In this document: positions 29,451-40,459 of the stretch, in pieces
Position numbering within the stretch: the stretch's first letter is position 1
Layout of the letters: each line of letters starts with the position of its first letter
From: a virus
Lineage: Duplodnaviria > Caudoviricetes
Length of the DNA stretch: 64,000 nt
Direction: 5' to 3' (one strand)
IMG/VR virus record: IMGVR_UViG_3300027804_000001
Coordinates: 256,001 to 320,000 of that record
Notes under the pieces: generated by a model
What the model was told of the DNA's origin: nothing
Seen by the model: only the letters and a program-made list of their open reading frames with translations
The model's database searches: none
Program-made: the position numbers and the translations under genes

Positions 29451-32400
29451 TATTCTGCTGTTGTAAATGCTCCTTTATCTCCAAACATTTCAATAAATTT
29501 ATCCATACCAGTTTTACCAGCTTTTAATCCAAAGTAAAACATAAATGGTGTTGACAAAATTTGATATCTACTCGTATAATAATCAATTGTTGGTCTTATT
29601 ATGAAGTCATCGGTATTGTTCCAAGCTTGTGAATGCCATCCATTCGTTATTGTTATTCCTTGATACGTTGTATTTCCCGATACAGGTCCAACTCTTGTAT
29701 GTAATGTTCCCGATGTTGGTGTTATTGTGTCACTATTAGAACTAACTAACACAGTAAAACCAGGGTATTCCGTATCATGTATTGTATGTGATGTTCCATA
29801 CGGTAAAATAGAATCAAAAATTAAATCGTTTGTTGCATTACCCGTATCTATTGTTAAACCACTAAACGTATAAGTCATAGGTAATAATAGATATTGATCT
29901 GAAGTATCATTCGGTGCGGATGTATATGCATAACCATATGTCATTCCCTGAAGTGGTTGTATTTGTGGATTACTGTAATCCCACGATTGGTTATCCACGG
30001 TTATATCATTATAGGGTCCAAATCCTGTACCTTTTTTATCCCACAAAAAGAATGGTACCTTTTGAGATGATTCTGTTAATCTTCCGGGCTCGTTTAAACA
30101 AGCTCTAACCCTTTCTCCATCTTCATCTAAATAAAGAGTAACTGGTAATGGTCCATATGTTGTTCCATTACTAAATACATTTTTTGTAGCTGGATCATCT
30201 GGATCTAAGAACTGATACGAATAACCCAAATATTTTGCATTTTGCAAATCAAATTCTTCAATACCCACTTCATTGTTTATTGAAATTAATTGCATAATAT
30301 CACCATCAAAAATCTTTTGGTTTGGTAAATTGAATCCACCATTATCAAAAAATCCATTAATACTAAAATCGTTATTACTAACATCAAGTCTGTAATTTAT
30401 TGCAAGACCTAATAACTCACCAAAACTTTGGAATGATGTTGGTCCTATTGCTCTACTTACTGAACAGTTAGGGTCTAATGATGGGTCTACACAAATTTCT
30501 TTTATAAACTCATCTCTTGGTCCTAAATCAACCATTGTGGTTGGTCTACCTAAGTATCTTGTTGGTTTAGAACTACCTTGCCATGATGTTAAACCCCAAG
30601 TGGAACCATTAAATCGAGATGATCTATAGTAAAACACACCTTGACTATTTGAATATCTAATTACATCTTCACAATATTTTCCTTTCTTTTCTTTGAATAA
30701 GAAAAAATATAACGAACCCGACAACCAGTTGTCTATATAAGAATAATTAACAATACCACCACAGAATAATTTAGATACTCTTTTTCTTCTTCTATATTCC
30801 TTTAATATTTTAAAAAGTTGTTGATTTGTTTGAGAACCAGGAACAATTACAAATACACCGTTTTTAAATTCAGATTGACCACTTGCTGTTTTTCTAATAT
30901 GTATGTCCCCCTCAAATGATTCCGCTAATTGGTATATATCGTTTCCATTGGTTTTATCACCATAAAAATACAACGTTTCGGTTATATCACTACCTTCGTC
31001 ATCTCTAGTTGGATTAAAGTTTGATGCTGAACCGTCTGCGTTTGATATATTTGTTGAAATAACATCCATACCAAGTGTGTAACTTGCAGGTGCAACTTTA
31101 ATTATAGTTGAACCGGATTTAACATTGTAATATGTAATTAGTGATTCATCATAAGGTGTGTCAAATAATTCACAACCACCTTCTATTTCAACTGTTGTTC
31201 CTGATGATGCAACATAATATTGTATATCAAAATTATATTGTCCATAATATTGACCGGTATAATCAACTAGTTCTAATTGTGTCGTATCACCAGTACTTAC
31301 TTGAAAAAATATAGATCCTGGTACTAAATTAACATATTCTAATGTGTCAGTACTTTGTAAAAAATAATCAAACTGATTTGCCACAAAGAACTCATTTTGT
31401 TCTTCAATTGTGGCACCATCTATTAAAACAGGTGGGGGTGTACATGTTGATGTTGATAAATAAGTCGGTGTACTTGGGTTTGAATTCGCTCCAATTATTG
31501 GAAATAATAATGAAATACTACCAACAGAACAATAAGATATATTTGCTTCTCCTGATGCAGGGACCTCACCAAATTCTAATTCATTACCATTCTCATCAGT
31601 GTTACAACTTTCACATTCAGGATAACTTATGAGATATAATTCTCTTTGATTATCTTCTTGTATGTTATAAGCAATTCTTTTTATCTCTCTACCAACTTTT
31701 CTAACCGGCCACACATCTGTTCTTCTACCTAATGCAAACATAAATCTTGTTATTGTATTAATAATTAAAATTGATATTAGATTTGCAATATGTTCAAACA
31801 ACAGTAAAACATCTGCAGCCAATAATTGGAATGTAAAATTTTTCGTTCCATAATTTACAGGTGGAGTTAAATTTTCTGAACAATCTTCTTCCTCTGTTGG
31901 GACTAACTCTTTTAAACCGATATATCTATCATTTCTAAATGATTCACTATCATAGTACATACTTTGAAAAGACGACACAGTGTAAACTTTGTTATATGTT
32001 ACTCTATAGAAATAATCTCTTGGATAATATTGTCCCAATGTATTATATAAAATTCCTTTGTCAGAATCATCTGAAACTGCGGCGGTTGGATATTCTTTCC
32101 ACGATGTTGAAAATGCATATGATTGTTCTTCTTGTCCAACATATTCTCTAATATTTGGTACAAGATATGATGCAACCTTTCTATTTTTTTCGTTACCAGA
32201 ATCGTCTAATGAAAATTTAAAACGATAACATGCTGCTGTTGGTACACCTTTATTCGGGTCATTTGTAATTTCATTTTCACCAAATTCATTTGTATAAACA
32301 TATTCTGCATTCATTGGTAGTTCTCTAACAAATGAACCATCATCTGTAATGTCGGCATCTATTTCATATTTTTCTAAAATTGGCCTTCCATTAGAATCTT

Positions 32401-33301
32401 TTTTGTTTGTAAATCTAATTGCTTCTATTTTACCGGTTTTAGTAATTAAATCACATTTTCTACCCATTTTTCTTCTGGGTTGACAACTTTTATTAATTGC
32501 ATTTTTTTTGGTATCGGTGTATGTTCCACCAATTAAAAAGGCTTTAGGTTCTATTTTTACACCACTATCTGATAAATCAAAATCTGTCCTTGTTAAACCA
32601 ATTTCACAAAGTTCTTCATTACCCCAAAAAGGATACACATCAATTGTTTTATCATAAGTTACAATTTGAGGTAGGGTTGAAAAATCTGATGATGCTTTAA
32701 ATGTATATGAGTTTTTAAATTGGTCATCACCCAAACCTTGTTTTTTAAAGTCGTATGGTCTTAATGAAAAACAACCGATATCAGATAAGTCAACATCCAC
32801 ATGTAGTGTTTGTGAACCTACGGGAACACCCCATATCATAAAGTCACCTGAACTGTTTGTTTTAACTGTATACTTGTAATATTTTTCATATACCTCTAAT
32901 ATCTCTTCTCTGTTTAATACTTCAGATTGGTCAGGAAATGTACCTGTTGGTTCGTGACCACCATGTTGTTTTCTTGATGGTAATAGGTTGTATCTGTAAC
33001 CATCGTCATTAACGTCAGAAACACTAGATTTGTAAGGATATAGTTTTGAAATTACAGGGTCATTTTCATCCTCTTCACTTAGTGGTATGAAAATAGATAC
33101 TTTAGCATTCGGAACACCAAGTCCATTATTTACTGAGATTCTACCACAAACAACACCATAATCAGAACAAAGTGATGTGTATATTTCTTGTTGTGTGAAT
33201 CTTAAAGACAAGATTTCAAGTAAATCATAGTCTTGTTTTAATTCGACTTTGACTATTTGATCTTTGCCAATATTTGTAGATATTCTATGTTTTTGTACCA
33301 T
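29450..33301 (-). CDS. Large baseplate-associated structural protein
   Basis: N-terminal GVVCGRISVNNGLGVPNAKVSIF beta-sandwich; start set at ATG 33301 (MVQKHRI), 5 nt after TATTTATTA. Confidence 0.6.
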   Translation of the reverse strand: MVQKHRISTNIGKDQIVKVELKQDYDLLEILSLRFTQQEIYTSLCSDYGVVCGRISVNNGLGVPNAKVSIFIPLSEEDENDPVISKLYPYKSSVSDVNDDGYRYNLLPSRKQHGGHEPTGTFPDQSEVLNREEILEVYEKYYKYTVKTNSSGDFMIWGVPVGSQTLHVDVDLSDIGCFSLRPYDFKKQGLGDDQFKNSYTFKASSDFSTLPQIVTYDKTIDVYPFWGNEELCEIGLTRTDFDLSDSGVKIEPKAFLIGGTYTDTKKNAINKSCQPRRKMGRKCDLITKTGKIEAIRFTNKKDSNGRPILEKYEIDADITDDGSFVRELPMNAEYVYTNEFGENEITNDPNKGVPTAACYRFKFSLDDSGNEKNRKVASYLVPNIREYVGQEEQSYAFSTSWKEYPTAAVSDDSDKGILYNTLGQYYPRDYFYRVTYNKVYTVSSFQSMYYDSESFRNDRYIGLKELVPTEEEDCSENLTPPVNYGTKNFTFQLLAADVLLLFEHIANLISILIINTITRFMFALGRRTDVWPVRKVGREIKRIAYNIQEDNQRELYLISYPECESCNTDENGNELEFGEVPASGEANISYCSVGSISLLFPIIGANSNPSTPTYLSTSTCTPPPVLIDGATIEEQNEFFVANQFDYFLQSTDTLEYVNLVPGSIFFQVSTGDTTQLELVDYTGQYYGQYNFDIQYYVASSGTTVEIEGGCELFDTPYDESLITYYNVKSGSTIIKVAPASYTLGMDVISTNISNADGSASNFNPTRDDEGSDITETLYFYGDKTNGNDIYQLAESFEGDIHIRKTASGQSEFKNGVFVIVPGSQTNQQLFKILKEYRRRKRVSKLFCGGIVNYSYIDNWLSGSLYFFLFKEKKGKYCEDVIRYSNSQGVFYYRSSRFNGSTWGLTSWQGSSKPTRYLGRPTTMVDLGPRDEFIKEICVDPSLDPNCSVSRAIGPTSFQSFGELLGLAINYRLDVSNNDFSINGFFDNGGFNLPNQKIFDGDIMQLISINNEVGIEEFDLQNAKYLGYSYQFLDPDDPATKNVFSNGTTYGPLPVTLYLDEDGERVRACLNEPGRLTESSQKVPFFLWDKKGTGFGPYNDITVDNQSWDYSNPQIQPLQGMTYGYAYTSAPNDTSDQYLLLPMTYTFSGLTIDTGNATNDLIFDSILPYGTSHTIHDTEYPGFTVLVSSNSDTITPTSGTLHTRVGPVSGNTTYQGITITNGWHSQAWNNTDDFIIRPTIDYYTSRYQILSTPFMFYFGLKAGKTGMDKFIEMFGDKGAFTTAE

Positions 33302-33357
33302 TCTTATAATAAATAGAAACAATGAGATTTTCCATTTTAATATAAGAAAATTTTAAA

Positions 33358-35190
33358 TTAGAATGTAGTCGAAACCAAAGGTTTTACTCTTATTTTAATA
33401 TCTTTATTAGGGAATCTAATTTGGAAAATTTGATTGGATTTCATGAAAATTGTCATATCACTTTGTACAATCTCCTTTGTTGCTTCGTCAACATAACCAA
33501 CTGAAGCTTCATTTGTTGAATATTCACCACCTACTTTACCGTAAACTCTGATATCCACAACACTTACAACACCCGCAACTGTACCAATTTCTTTAAATAA
33601 GTCACCCACAAATAATGGGTCTCCCATTTTTCTTTTTTCTATTTTGAAATAATCAACAATTTTTTCAATTGTTGCTCTAACTATTTCTGTTTCACTTTCA
33701 TTCTTATCTCCCAAAATATCTACCTGTACACCCATGTCGATAACCTCACCACTTTCAATTTCCAAATAGTCATTTATCATTCTATACTCAGAAAGATACT
33801 CTATTATATTGTTTTTTAATGTATTAGAAACTATGTTCGTTAAATTACCTTTTTCATCATATGAGGTTAATTTGATTTTAACCTTATTATCTTCTTCCAT
33901 CACATTTACTTTAGCCGGTGCACCAAACGTAGATGGCATATTTTCAATTATTGATTTATAATCATTTAATGTAACCGCTCTATTTTGTGCTGCGAAATTA
34001 TAAGCAACCATGTTTCTAATTTCCTCTATTGTTGGTTGATCCGCACCACCGATTGCAGGTGTAACGTTTGTTACTCTTAAAGATTGTATAACTTGAGTGT
34101 TTACTGAAGAAACTGGTCCATTAACAACAAAATCAACATTATCAACACTTGTAATCACATTAACACCTAAGTTACTATCTTTACCTCCACCAATTCTATA
34201 TTTTATAAAAATCGTAGTGTTCGCCTTTGGAATTGCACCTAATGATAAATTGTTTAGATATGTTGCAAGATTTACTTTTAAATCACCTGTCATATAATTG
34301 TCTAAATTGTCAAGTGGATTAACTGTTCCTGAACCAAATGTTAAATGGAAATAACCTTCTGGTGTAAATTCTGTAATAAATTTATTATTTACTGCCAGAT
34401 ACGTACCAGGTTTAAAATTATCTTTATCAGATACTTTAGTTGGGTCGGGTATAAACACTTTATCCTGCATTAATGTTTTTACTTCATACCATTTATTTGT
34501 TGGAGATGAAAACTCTGCAGAGGTTGGATTAGCACCGAATGTCGTACCATCTTTATGAATAACTGATGTTATACCTAAAATATTTTGTTCGGGTAAATAA
34601 ACCTTTAAGAATGGTTTTTGATCTAAATCATTTATAACTTTTCTAAAAACTCTAGTTACACCATTTACAACCGCCTCTCTTTTTGTAATGGTGTATGATA
34701 TTAATTTGTTATTACCATCAAAATTTGGAATTTTTAATCTGTTTGGTTCACCTTTACTATTAAATGGATTTGAGAAATCTATATCTTCAACTGTTTCAAA
34801 AATTTGACCTCCTCCAGATATTTGTGCTCCTGATCTTAATAAACCCAAATATTCAGTTTTTTCTTTATCTCCACTTACAGGTACATTAATTGAAAAATCA
34901 CATAAAGCAACTGATGGTCTATTACCTGGTATTTTTAATCCATATGTTTTTGCAATATGAAAAAGAGATTGTCTTTGTTGTGCAAAATCTAATATCGTTT
35001 CTTGCCAAACTCTATCAATGTGGAAATGTAAATTATCCGCAACCGCAGCATTTAAATCTAATAATACTGAAAATATTGAGGCATCATTGGTATTTTTAAC
35101 CAAATCAGGATAATAATCTTTGGTCATGTTAACCAATTCTTCTCTTAGTCCCGCAAAATCTCTTGTTGCGTATGATATTTTCTTTGACAT
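33358..35190 (-). CDS. Baseplate wedge subunit (T4 gp6 / baseplate J-like)
   Basis: YATRDF, AKTYGLK, GGADQPTIEEIR, AQNRAVTLNDY motifs; adjacent to gp25. Confidence 0.9.
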   Translation of the reverse strand: MSKKISYATRDFAGLREELVNMTKDYYPDLVKNTNDASIFSVLLDLNAAVADNLHFHIDRVWQETILDFAQQRQSLFHIAKTYGLKIPGNRPSVALCDFSINVPVSGDKEKTEYLGLLRSGAQISGGGQIFETVEDIDFSNPFNSKGEPNRLKIPNFDGNNKLISYTITKREAVVNGVTRVFRKVINDLDQKPFLKVYLPEQNILGITSVIHKDGTTFGANPTSAEFSSPTNKWYEVKTLMQDKVFIPDPTKVSDKDNFKPGTYLAVNNKFITEFTPEGYFHLTFGSGTVNPLDNLDNYMTGDLKVNLATYLNNLSLGAIPKANTTIFIKYRIGGGKDSNLGVNVITSVDNVDFVVNGPVSSVNTQVIQSLRVTNVTPAIGGADQPTIEEIRNMVAYNFAAQNRAVTLNDYKSIIENMPSTFGAPAKVNVMEEDNKVKIKLTSYDEKGNLTNIVSNTLKNNIIEYLSEYRMINDYLEIESGEVIDMGVQVDILGDKNESETEIVRATIEKIVDYFKIEKRKMGDPLFVGDLFKEIGTVAGVVSVVDIRVYGKVGGEYSTNEASVGYVDEATKEIVQSDMTIFMKSNQIFQIRFPNKDIKIRVKPLVSTTF

Positions 35191-35191
35191 A

Positions 35192-35644
35192 TTATATATT
35201 GATAATTATAAAATCCGAAGATGAAAATGCTCCGTTATTAACCGTATAGTCTATTTTTACTTTGGCGGTATATGGTTTAGTAGATTGGTCAGAAACCCTA
35301 AACAATCTTTCATCTTCTTGTTGTGTGTAGTTTTTAGATTGGTCTGGGTCGTCTTCCGCCGACATTATTTTAATAGAGTTAATATCTAAATTTGGAATGA
35401 ATTTTCTAACTCCGTCTCTGATTTCTTCTTCTATTAAATTAAATGTTATGACATCATTTTGATCAAAGATGTATTCATATATTCTTGTTCCAAAATCAGG
35501 TAAATAATATCTCGTACCCTTTCTTGTAAGAATAAGATGAATCAAATTTGCTCTAACTTCTCTTTCGGGTGTTTCCGTCATTTTAACATAATCACCTTTA
35601 CTACTATCTCTAAATGGATAATCTATACCATAGGTTGTTGCCAT
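35192..35644 (-). CDS. gp25-like baseplate wedge / sheath initiator
   Basis: NLIHLILTRKGTRYYLPDFGT motif; start ATG 35644. Confidence 0.9.
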   Translation of the reverse strand: MATTYGIDYPFRDSSKGDYVKMTETPEREVRANLIHLILTRKGTRYYLPDFGTRIYEYIFDQNDVITFNLIEEEIRDGVRKFIPNLDINSIKIMSAEDDPDQSKNYTQQEDERLFRVSDQSTKPYTAKVKIDYTVNNGAFSSSDFIIINI

Positions 35645-35684
35645 AATAATAAATATAAACAATACTAAAATGGTAATAAATAAA

Positions 35685-35706
35685 AAACCCATCCGAAGAT
35701 GGGTTT
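35685..35706 (-). terminator. Intrinsic terminator with C(UUCG)G tetraloop
   Basis: AAACCCATC-TTCG-GATGGGTTT followed by TTT. Confidence 0.9.
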
Positions 35707-35714
35707 AATGTTGT

Positions 35715-35804
35715 GTCTTGATATTCACCCCCTGTATTCTCAAAACCTGGAAGCTCAAGGTACGCCTTGACGACAGTAGTACTTTGAGGGAGTCTCCCAT
35801 TATC
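35715..35804 (-). ncRNA. Candidate structured RNA in the nrdA 3' region
   Basis: 42/90 G+C (35711-35800); nested stems ACUCC/GGGGU, CUCAAAG/UUUUGAG, UCAAGG-CGUA-CCUUGA. Confidence 0.4.
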
Positions 35805-35805
35805 T

Positions 35806-37584
35806 TTAAGCCTCACAACTTACACAATCAGGATTCATTGCTTGTGCTGCTATATCACCCCTTAAAACAGATTCTGTTCTCATATAATACAAAGTTTTAA
35901 CACCTTGTTTCCACGCCTCTAAATGAATTTGGTTAATCCATTTAGGGTCTGCAGTTGCAGGAAACGCTAAATTCAAAGAAACTGCTTGGTCGATGTATTG
36001 TTGTCTAACACCCGCTTGTCTAACTAAATCTAATTGATTGATTTCTTTAAAAGTTTTAAAGACTTCTTTTACTGATGACATTTTGAAACCGTCTTCTTCT
36101 TTAACTTCATTACATAAAACAATTTTACCATCAATAAAACACCACTCATCTAAAAAATCCAATCCTTGTACTGAACCACCATCCGCTAAAATTTGGTCCC
36201 ACACTTCTTTTGTGTTTTTACCAATTTTACGAAGTACTCTTTCCAATTCAGGATTCTTTCTAATAAAGGTTCCTTTTGATGTTTGTTCTGTAAATACATT
36301 TGCCGCCCATGGTTCAATACCACTACTTACATTACCACTCAACTTAGAGTTTGATACCGTAGGTGCTACCGCTCTTAAATGAGTGTTTCTCATACCACTT
36401 TCTTTACACCATAATGGTTCACCATATTCAGAAGCCAACCATCTACTTGCTCTTTCAGATTCAATCTTTAGTTGAGAGAAAATTTTACGAGTTTCAAATT
36501 GTGCAGTTAATCCTTCAAATGGAACACCTTTTTGTTGTAAATAAGTGTGCCATCCTAATACACCTAAACCTAACGCTCTACCTTTTTCCGCTGAACGTAC
36601 TGCATTATCAAAACCTCTTAAGTTTTTAGCTCTTTGAATAAATTCTTCCAATACACCATCTAAAAATATTGTTGATGTATAAACTAAATCGGTGTCTTTC
36701 CATTCGTCATACTTTGCTAAGTTCAAAGAACTCAAACAACAAACAAATGAATGTTGTTCATCGGTATGTAAAACAATTTCAGAACATATATTAGTCATAT
36801 GAACTTTCAATCCATTCTTCTTATACATGTCAGGATTTTGTTTGTTTACATTACCTTTATACATGATATAAGGTTCTCCTGTTGCTTTTCTTTTCTGAAG
36901 TAATTTACCCCATTTTCTACGAGCCTCTTGGTCACCTTCTTCTAACTTCTTCATAAACTTATCACTAACAACCACACATTGATGTAAGTTTAGTGATTGA
37001 CGATTAACGTCACCTTTTGGTTCTCTGATTTCTAAAAAGTCTTCAAAATCTTTATGGTCAATTTTGATGTTAACAGACGCAGCTCCTCTACGAACCGAAC
37101 CTTGATTTGTTGCAAGAATTGTAGAATCGTAAATTTTAATAAATGGAACAACACCATCAGATGTACCATTATTAGTGATTTTCGCACCGGCGGGTCTAAT
37201 CATATTGATACCAATACCAACACCACCACCATGTTTTGCAAGTAACATTAATTCTAAATTTTTGTTACCAATTTCAAAAATACTATCACCCACATCAATA
37301 CCAAAACAAGAGATTGGTAAACCTCTATCTGTTCCTGTATTTGATAAAACAGGAGTTGCCAAACATAACCAACCCTTCCAAATATAATCGAAGAATTTTG
37401 TAGCTAAATGTGGTTTTCCTAATCTTTTTGCAATAGTAGTTGCAACTCTCCAATAGGCATCTTTTGGTTTTTCACCAACTAACAAATAACCTTTAGATAT
37501 TGTCTTTACATAAATTTCTGTGTTTCCCCAACTTGGGAAATCGACATCGAGCTCCCAACCGAGTTCTTCTCCGTAATTCTTCAT
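35806..37584 (-). CDS. nrdA: Class I ribonucleotide reductase alpha subunit lacking ATP cone
   Basis: SCF, TNICSEI, APTVS, TLYY, C-terminal CVSC. Confidence 0.95.
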   Translation of the reverse strand: MKNYGEELGWELDVDFPSWGNTEIYVKTISKGYLLVGEKPKDAYWRVATTIAKRLGKPHLATKFFDYIWKGWLCLATPVLSNTGTDRGLPISCFGIDVGDSIFEIGNKNLELMLLAKHGGGVGIGINMIRPAGAKITNNGTSDGVVPFIKIYDSTILATNQGSVRRGAASVNIKIDHKDFEDFLEIREPKGDVNRQSLNLHQCVVVSDKFMKKLEEGDQEARRKWGKLLQKRKATGEPYIMYKGNVNKQNPDMYKKNGLKVHMTNICSEIVLHTDEQHSFVCCLSSLNLAKYDEWKDTDLVYTSTIFLDGVLEEFIQRAKNLRGFDNAVRSAEKGRALGLGVLGWHTYLQQKGVPFEGLTAQFETRKIFSQLKIESERASRWLASEYGEPLWCKESGMRNTHLRAVAPTVSNSKLSGNVSSGIEPWAANVFTEQTSKGTFIRKNPELERVLRKIGKNTKEVWDQILADGGSVQGLDFLDEWCFIDGKIVLCNEVKEEDGFKMSSVKEVFKTFKEINQLDLVRQAGVRQQYIDQAVSLNLAFPATADPKWINQIHLEAWKQGVKTLYYMRTESVLRGDIAAQAMNPDCVSCEA

Positions 37585-37606
37585 ATTTCGTTAAAATTTT
37601 TACTAA

Positions 37607-38602
37607 TTAAAAAATATCATCCCAATTTTCACCTTCTCCCGCTTTACTATAATCAGTTGGTCTGATTGCGAAGAAGTCAGTGTGTGTAACACCACCCGTG
37701 AGATGATAAAACCAATCCAATTCAGACGCTTTCTTTTCGTTGAATTTAAATGCTCCTTCATAACCAAGTTCAACTAATTTTTCATTAATTCTTTTGGTTA
37801 TAAATTCTTTAAGGTCTGATGCTTTGAGATTTTCCAAATCACCCATCTCAAAAATTTTATCGATAAATTTGTATTCAAGTTCTTGAATTAATTTAGCGGC
37901 GTTGTATATGTCTTCTCTTGCCTCTTCCAATAATTCGGGATATTCCATACACATATGTCTAAACAATTGACAACCCATTTTAGAATGTAAAGATTCATCT
38001 CTTACACTCCACTTCATTTGTTGTCCGATTCCTTTCAATAGATTTCTCATTTGGAAAGAATATAATACAGCGAATGACGAGTATAATGCAACACCTTCAG
38101 CAAACGCTGAAAATATTGCCAAACTTTTTCCAACTTCAACCCTGGCTTTGTGATTCTTTTTTAAATCTTGTGGTATCCAATCTGCTGTGGTGTTTGTTAA
38201 TAATTCAAAACGTTCTTTCATTGTTTCATCATGTAAAAACCCTTCGAAATCTTCCAATCCCAATGTTTCATTTAAGTATGAATAAGCAATAGAGTGAATT
38301 GTTTCTTGTGAACCAAATGCCATAGCCATTTGACGAATCTCATGTTTTGGAAACCATTTGGTAACCATTCCTGTCCAATAATCTGAAACTGCACATTCTG
38401 TTTGTGCAAACCCTAAAAGAATATTACCAACTAAGTGTTTTTCCGAAGGTGATAAATTTTCATTCCAATCCTTAACATCTCCCTGCATTGGAATTTCGGT
38501 ATGTAACCAAAATGCCTGCATTTGTTTTAACCAACCCTCATTATAATATTCAGGATATTCAAATGGTTTAAATGGTATTCTATCTGTAAATAATTTACTC
38601 AT
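37607..38602 (-). CDS. nrdB: Class I ribonucleotide reductase beta subunit
   Basis: KPFEYP, QTE, ETIHSIAY, EGV, DESLH; start ATG 38602. Confidence 0.95.
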   Translation of the reverse strand: MSKLFTDRIPFKPFEYPEYYNEGWLKQMQAFWLHTEIPMQGDVKDWNENLSPSEKHLVGNILLGFAQTECAVSDYWTGMVTKWFPKHEIRQMAMAFGSQETIHSIAYSYLNETLGLEDFEGFLHDETMKERFELLTNTTADWIPQDLKKNHKARVEVGKSLAIFSAFAEGVALYSSFAVLYSFQMRNLLKGIGQQMKWSVRDESLHSKMGCQLFRHMCMEYPELLEEAREDIYNAAKLIQELEYKFIDKIFEMGDLENLKASDLKEFITKRINEKLVELGYEGAFKFNEKKASELDWFYHLTGGVTHTDFFAIRPTDYSKAGEGENWDDIF

Positions 38603-38615
38603 ATCATTATTAATT

Positions 38616-39998
38616 TTATACTTTTGTTTTTCTTTCTTGTGATTTTTTAAATACTTCCGCCGCTCTATTTGCTCTCTTTTCTTCTTGTTGATGTTCATGA
38701 CCAAGAAGTGTATTTTGAGATTCTGTATCGATAACTAAAAATTGATTATCAAATTTACAGTTTTGCCAAATAATACCATCCTTACCAACACGTGATTTTA
38801 ATAATGTTAATGTAGCTAAATTGTTTTCCTTTTGTTCAAGTGTTTTGCCAATTGAAAGTATAATGTGTGCAATTTGTGCTTTTTTAATTGATCCTCCCAT
38901 TTGGTCACCCGTTACAACTTCGGAGGAAATAGATTCACGATTACCTTGTGTTGCAGTCCAAAGAGCAATATCAAATTCAGATGTCATCGCCTCCAAACTT
39001 CTCATAATTGATCCCTCTCCTTTCCATTCTTCCCCATTAACACTTCTTTCAGGTGAAATACAATCAACATAATCAATAACAACCAAATCAGGTTTAAAAC
39101 CTTCTGAAATCATTTTTCTAATCTTAGATTTAATTTCAGAAATGGTGATACTATCACTTGGAAGTTTGGACAATTTTAAAGAACCGTTTGATCTCTCTTG
39201 TTGTTCTCTCACTAAAGCCAAAACTTCTTCCTTAAATTCGGGTTGTTCGTCTGGTGCAACTCCTGACCAAATAGTGTAATGTTTTCTTTTAATTTGTCCT
39301 TCATTGTCTTCGAAAAATATTTGAAGAACGTTAAAACCATCATTATAAGCGGTATTTGCAAATTTTGTAAGTAAAGTTGTTTTACCCGTTCCGGTTGGGG
39401 CTAATACGACACCCAATTCTCCTCTACCAAGACCACCTTTTAAAACATTATCTAAACCAACAATACCGGTCCTAATTGGTAATCTGTAATCCTTTTCGAG
39501 TGCGTCATCCATATTATGAAAAACATCCGTAATCATGTCATTCATAATACCCACTTGTAATGCCTTTTGGATTATTTGTTCAATCTTATTATAAGATTCA
39601 AATTCCCCACTTTCGATAATTGATGAGATACTCTTAATCTCTTTTTTAAGGTTTTGTTGTTTACAAAAATTCAACGCTTTGTCTTTAACAAATTCATTGT
39701 TTTTTTCTAAATTTTTAATTGCCTCGAGTGTGTCTATATGAGGTCTATTAATGTCTTTATTACCACCTTCAGAAATAATTTTTTGTGCTAATGTATCGTA
39801 ATTTGGAATTTTACTATATGATTTATGAAGTTCTTTGATATTCTCCATAATGAATTTAAAGGAGTTATTATCAAAATACTTACTTTCTAAAACATCTACA
39901 ATTGTATCCCCAAATTTTTTATCTTCAATAATAGATTTAATAAGTTGCTGTTGAAATGTGTGACCTAGATAACCAAAATTTTTTTCTTCTGATGACAT
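38616..39998 (-). CDS. dnaB: Replicative DnaB/gp41-like helicase
   Basis: APTGTGKTT Walker A, VIDYVD, TATQGNR, KSRVG. Confidence 0.92.
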   Translation of the reverse strand: MSSEEKNFGYLGHTFQQQLIKSIIEDKKFGDTIVDVLESKYFDNNSFKFIMENIKELHKSYSKIPNYDTLAQKIISEGGNKDINRPHIDTLEAIKNLEKNNEFVKDKALNFCKQQNLKKEIKSISSIIESGEFESYNKIEQIIQKALQVGIMNDMITDVFHNMDDALEKDYRLPIRTGIVGLDNVLKGGLGRGELGVVLAPTGTGKTTLLTKFANTAYNDGFNVLQIFFEDNEGQIKRKHYTIWSGVAPDEQPEFKEEVLALVREQQERSNGSLKLSKLPSDSITISEIKSKIRKMISEGFKPDLVVIDYVDCISPERSVNGEEWKGEGSIMRSLEAMTSEFDIALWTATQGNRESISSEVVTGDQMGGSIKKAQIAHIILSIGKTLEQKENNLATLTLLKSRVGKDGIIWQNCKFDNQFLVIDTESQNTLLGHEHQQEEKRANRAAEVFKKSQERKTKV

Positions 39999-40012
39999 AA
40001 ATTTATATAATT

Positions 40013-40459
40013 TTATAGTTGATAATTCAAGTATGTGGTTTCCAATTCTTTTGAAGACAAGATGTCAGTTAAATCTGACAAAATTCTCTTAAGATTTGGT
40101 CGTATATCTACCGTATATCTAACCTTTGGGTGGAAGTAATATGCGGGGAATATTCTTGAAATAAATACATCTTCATTAAGCTTAATTTCAATCAAAAACT
40201 CCTCTTTTATATCCTCTTCACCATCTTCCACATTCTCCAAATTCAGAAAATAATTTTGATTTTCACATAGATAATCAGAAGTTTTATTTTTCAAATCCTC
40301 ACTAATTTCTTCAGAAATATTTTTTACATAATAGTGTAAATCCATTGATCTTCTTGCTTGTGGATTGTGACCTTTTACATTAAAAAATCTCTGACAAACA
40401 ATATTGCCATCCAGCGTTAACAAAAATTCAAATTTTGTGATTTCTTGTTGATTACTCAT
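40013..40459 (-). CDS. Hypothetical protein
   Basis: 148-aa ORF coupled within the replication block. Confidence 0.6.
   Translation of the reverse strand: MSNQQEITKFEFLLTLDGNIVCQRFFNVKGHNPQARRSMDLHYYVKNISEEISEDLKNKTSDYLCENQNYFLNLENVEDGEEDIKEEFLIEIKLNEDVFISRIFPAYYFHPKVRYTVDIRPNLKRILSDLTDILSSKELETTYLNYQL

Noticed and set aside
35610-35816. 68-aa ORF after nrdA
   Set aside because: Crosses a strong terminator and overlaps the gp25 start; the region is better explained as structured RNA, though not fully excluded
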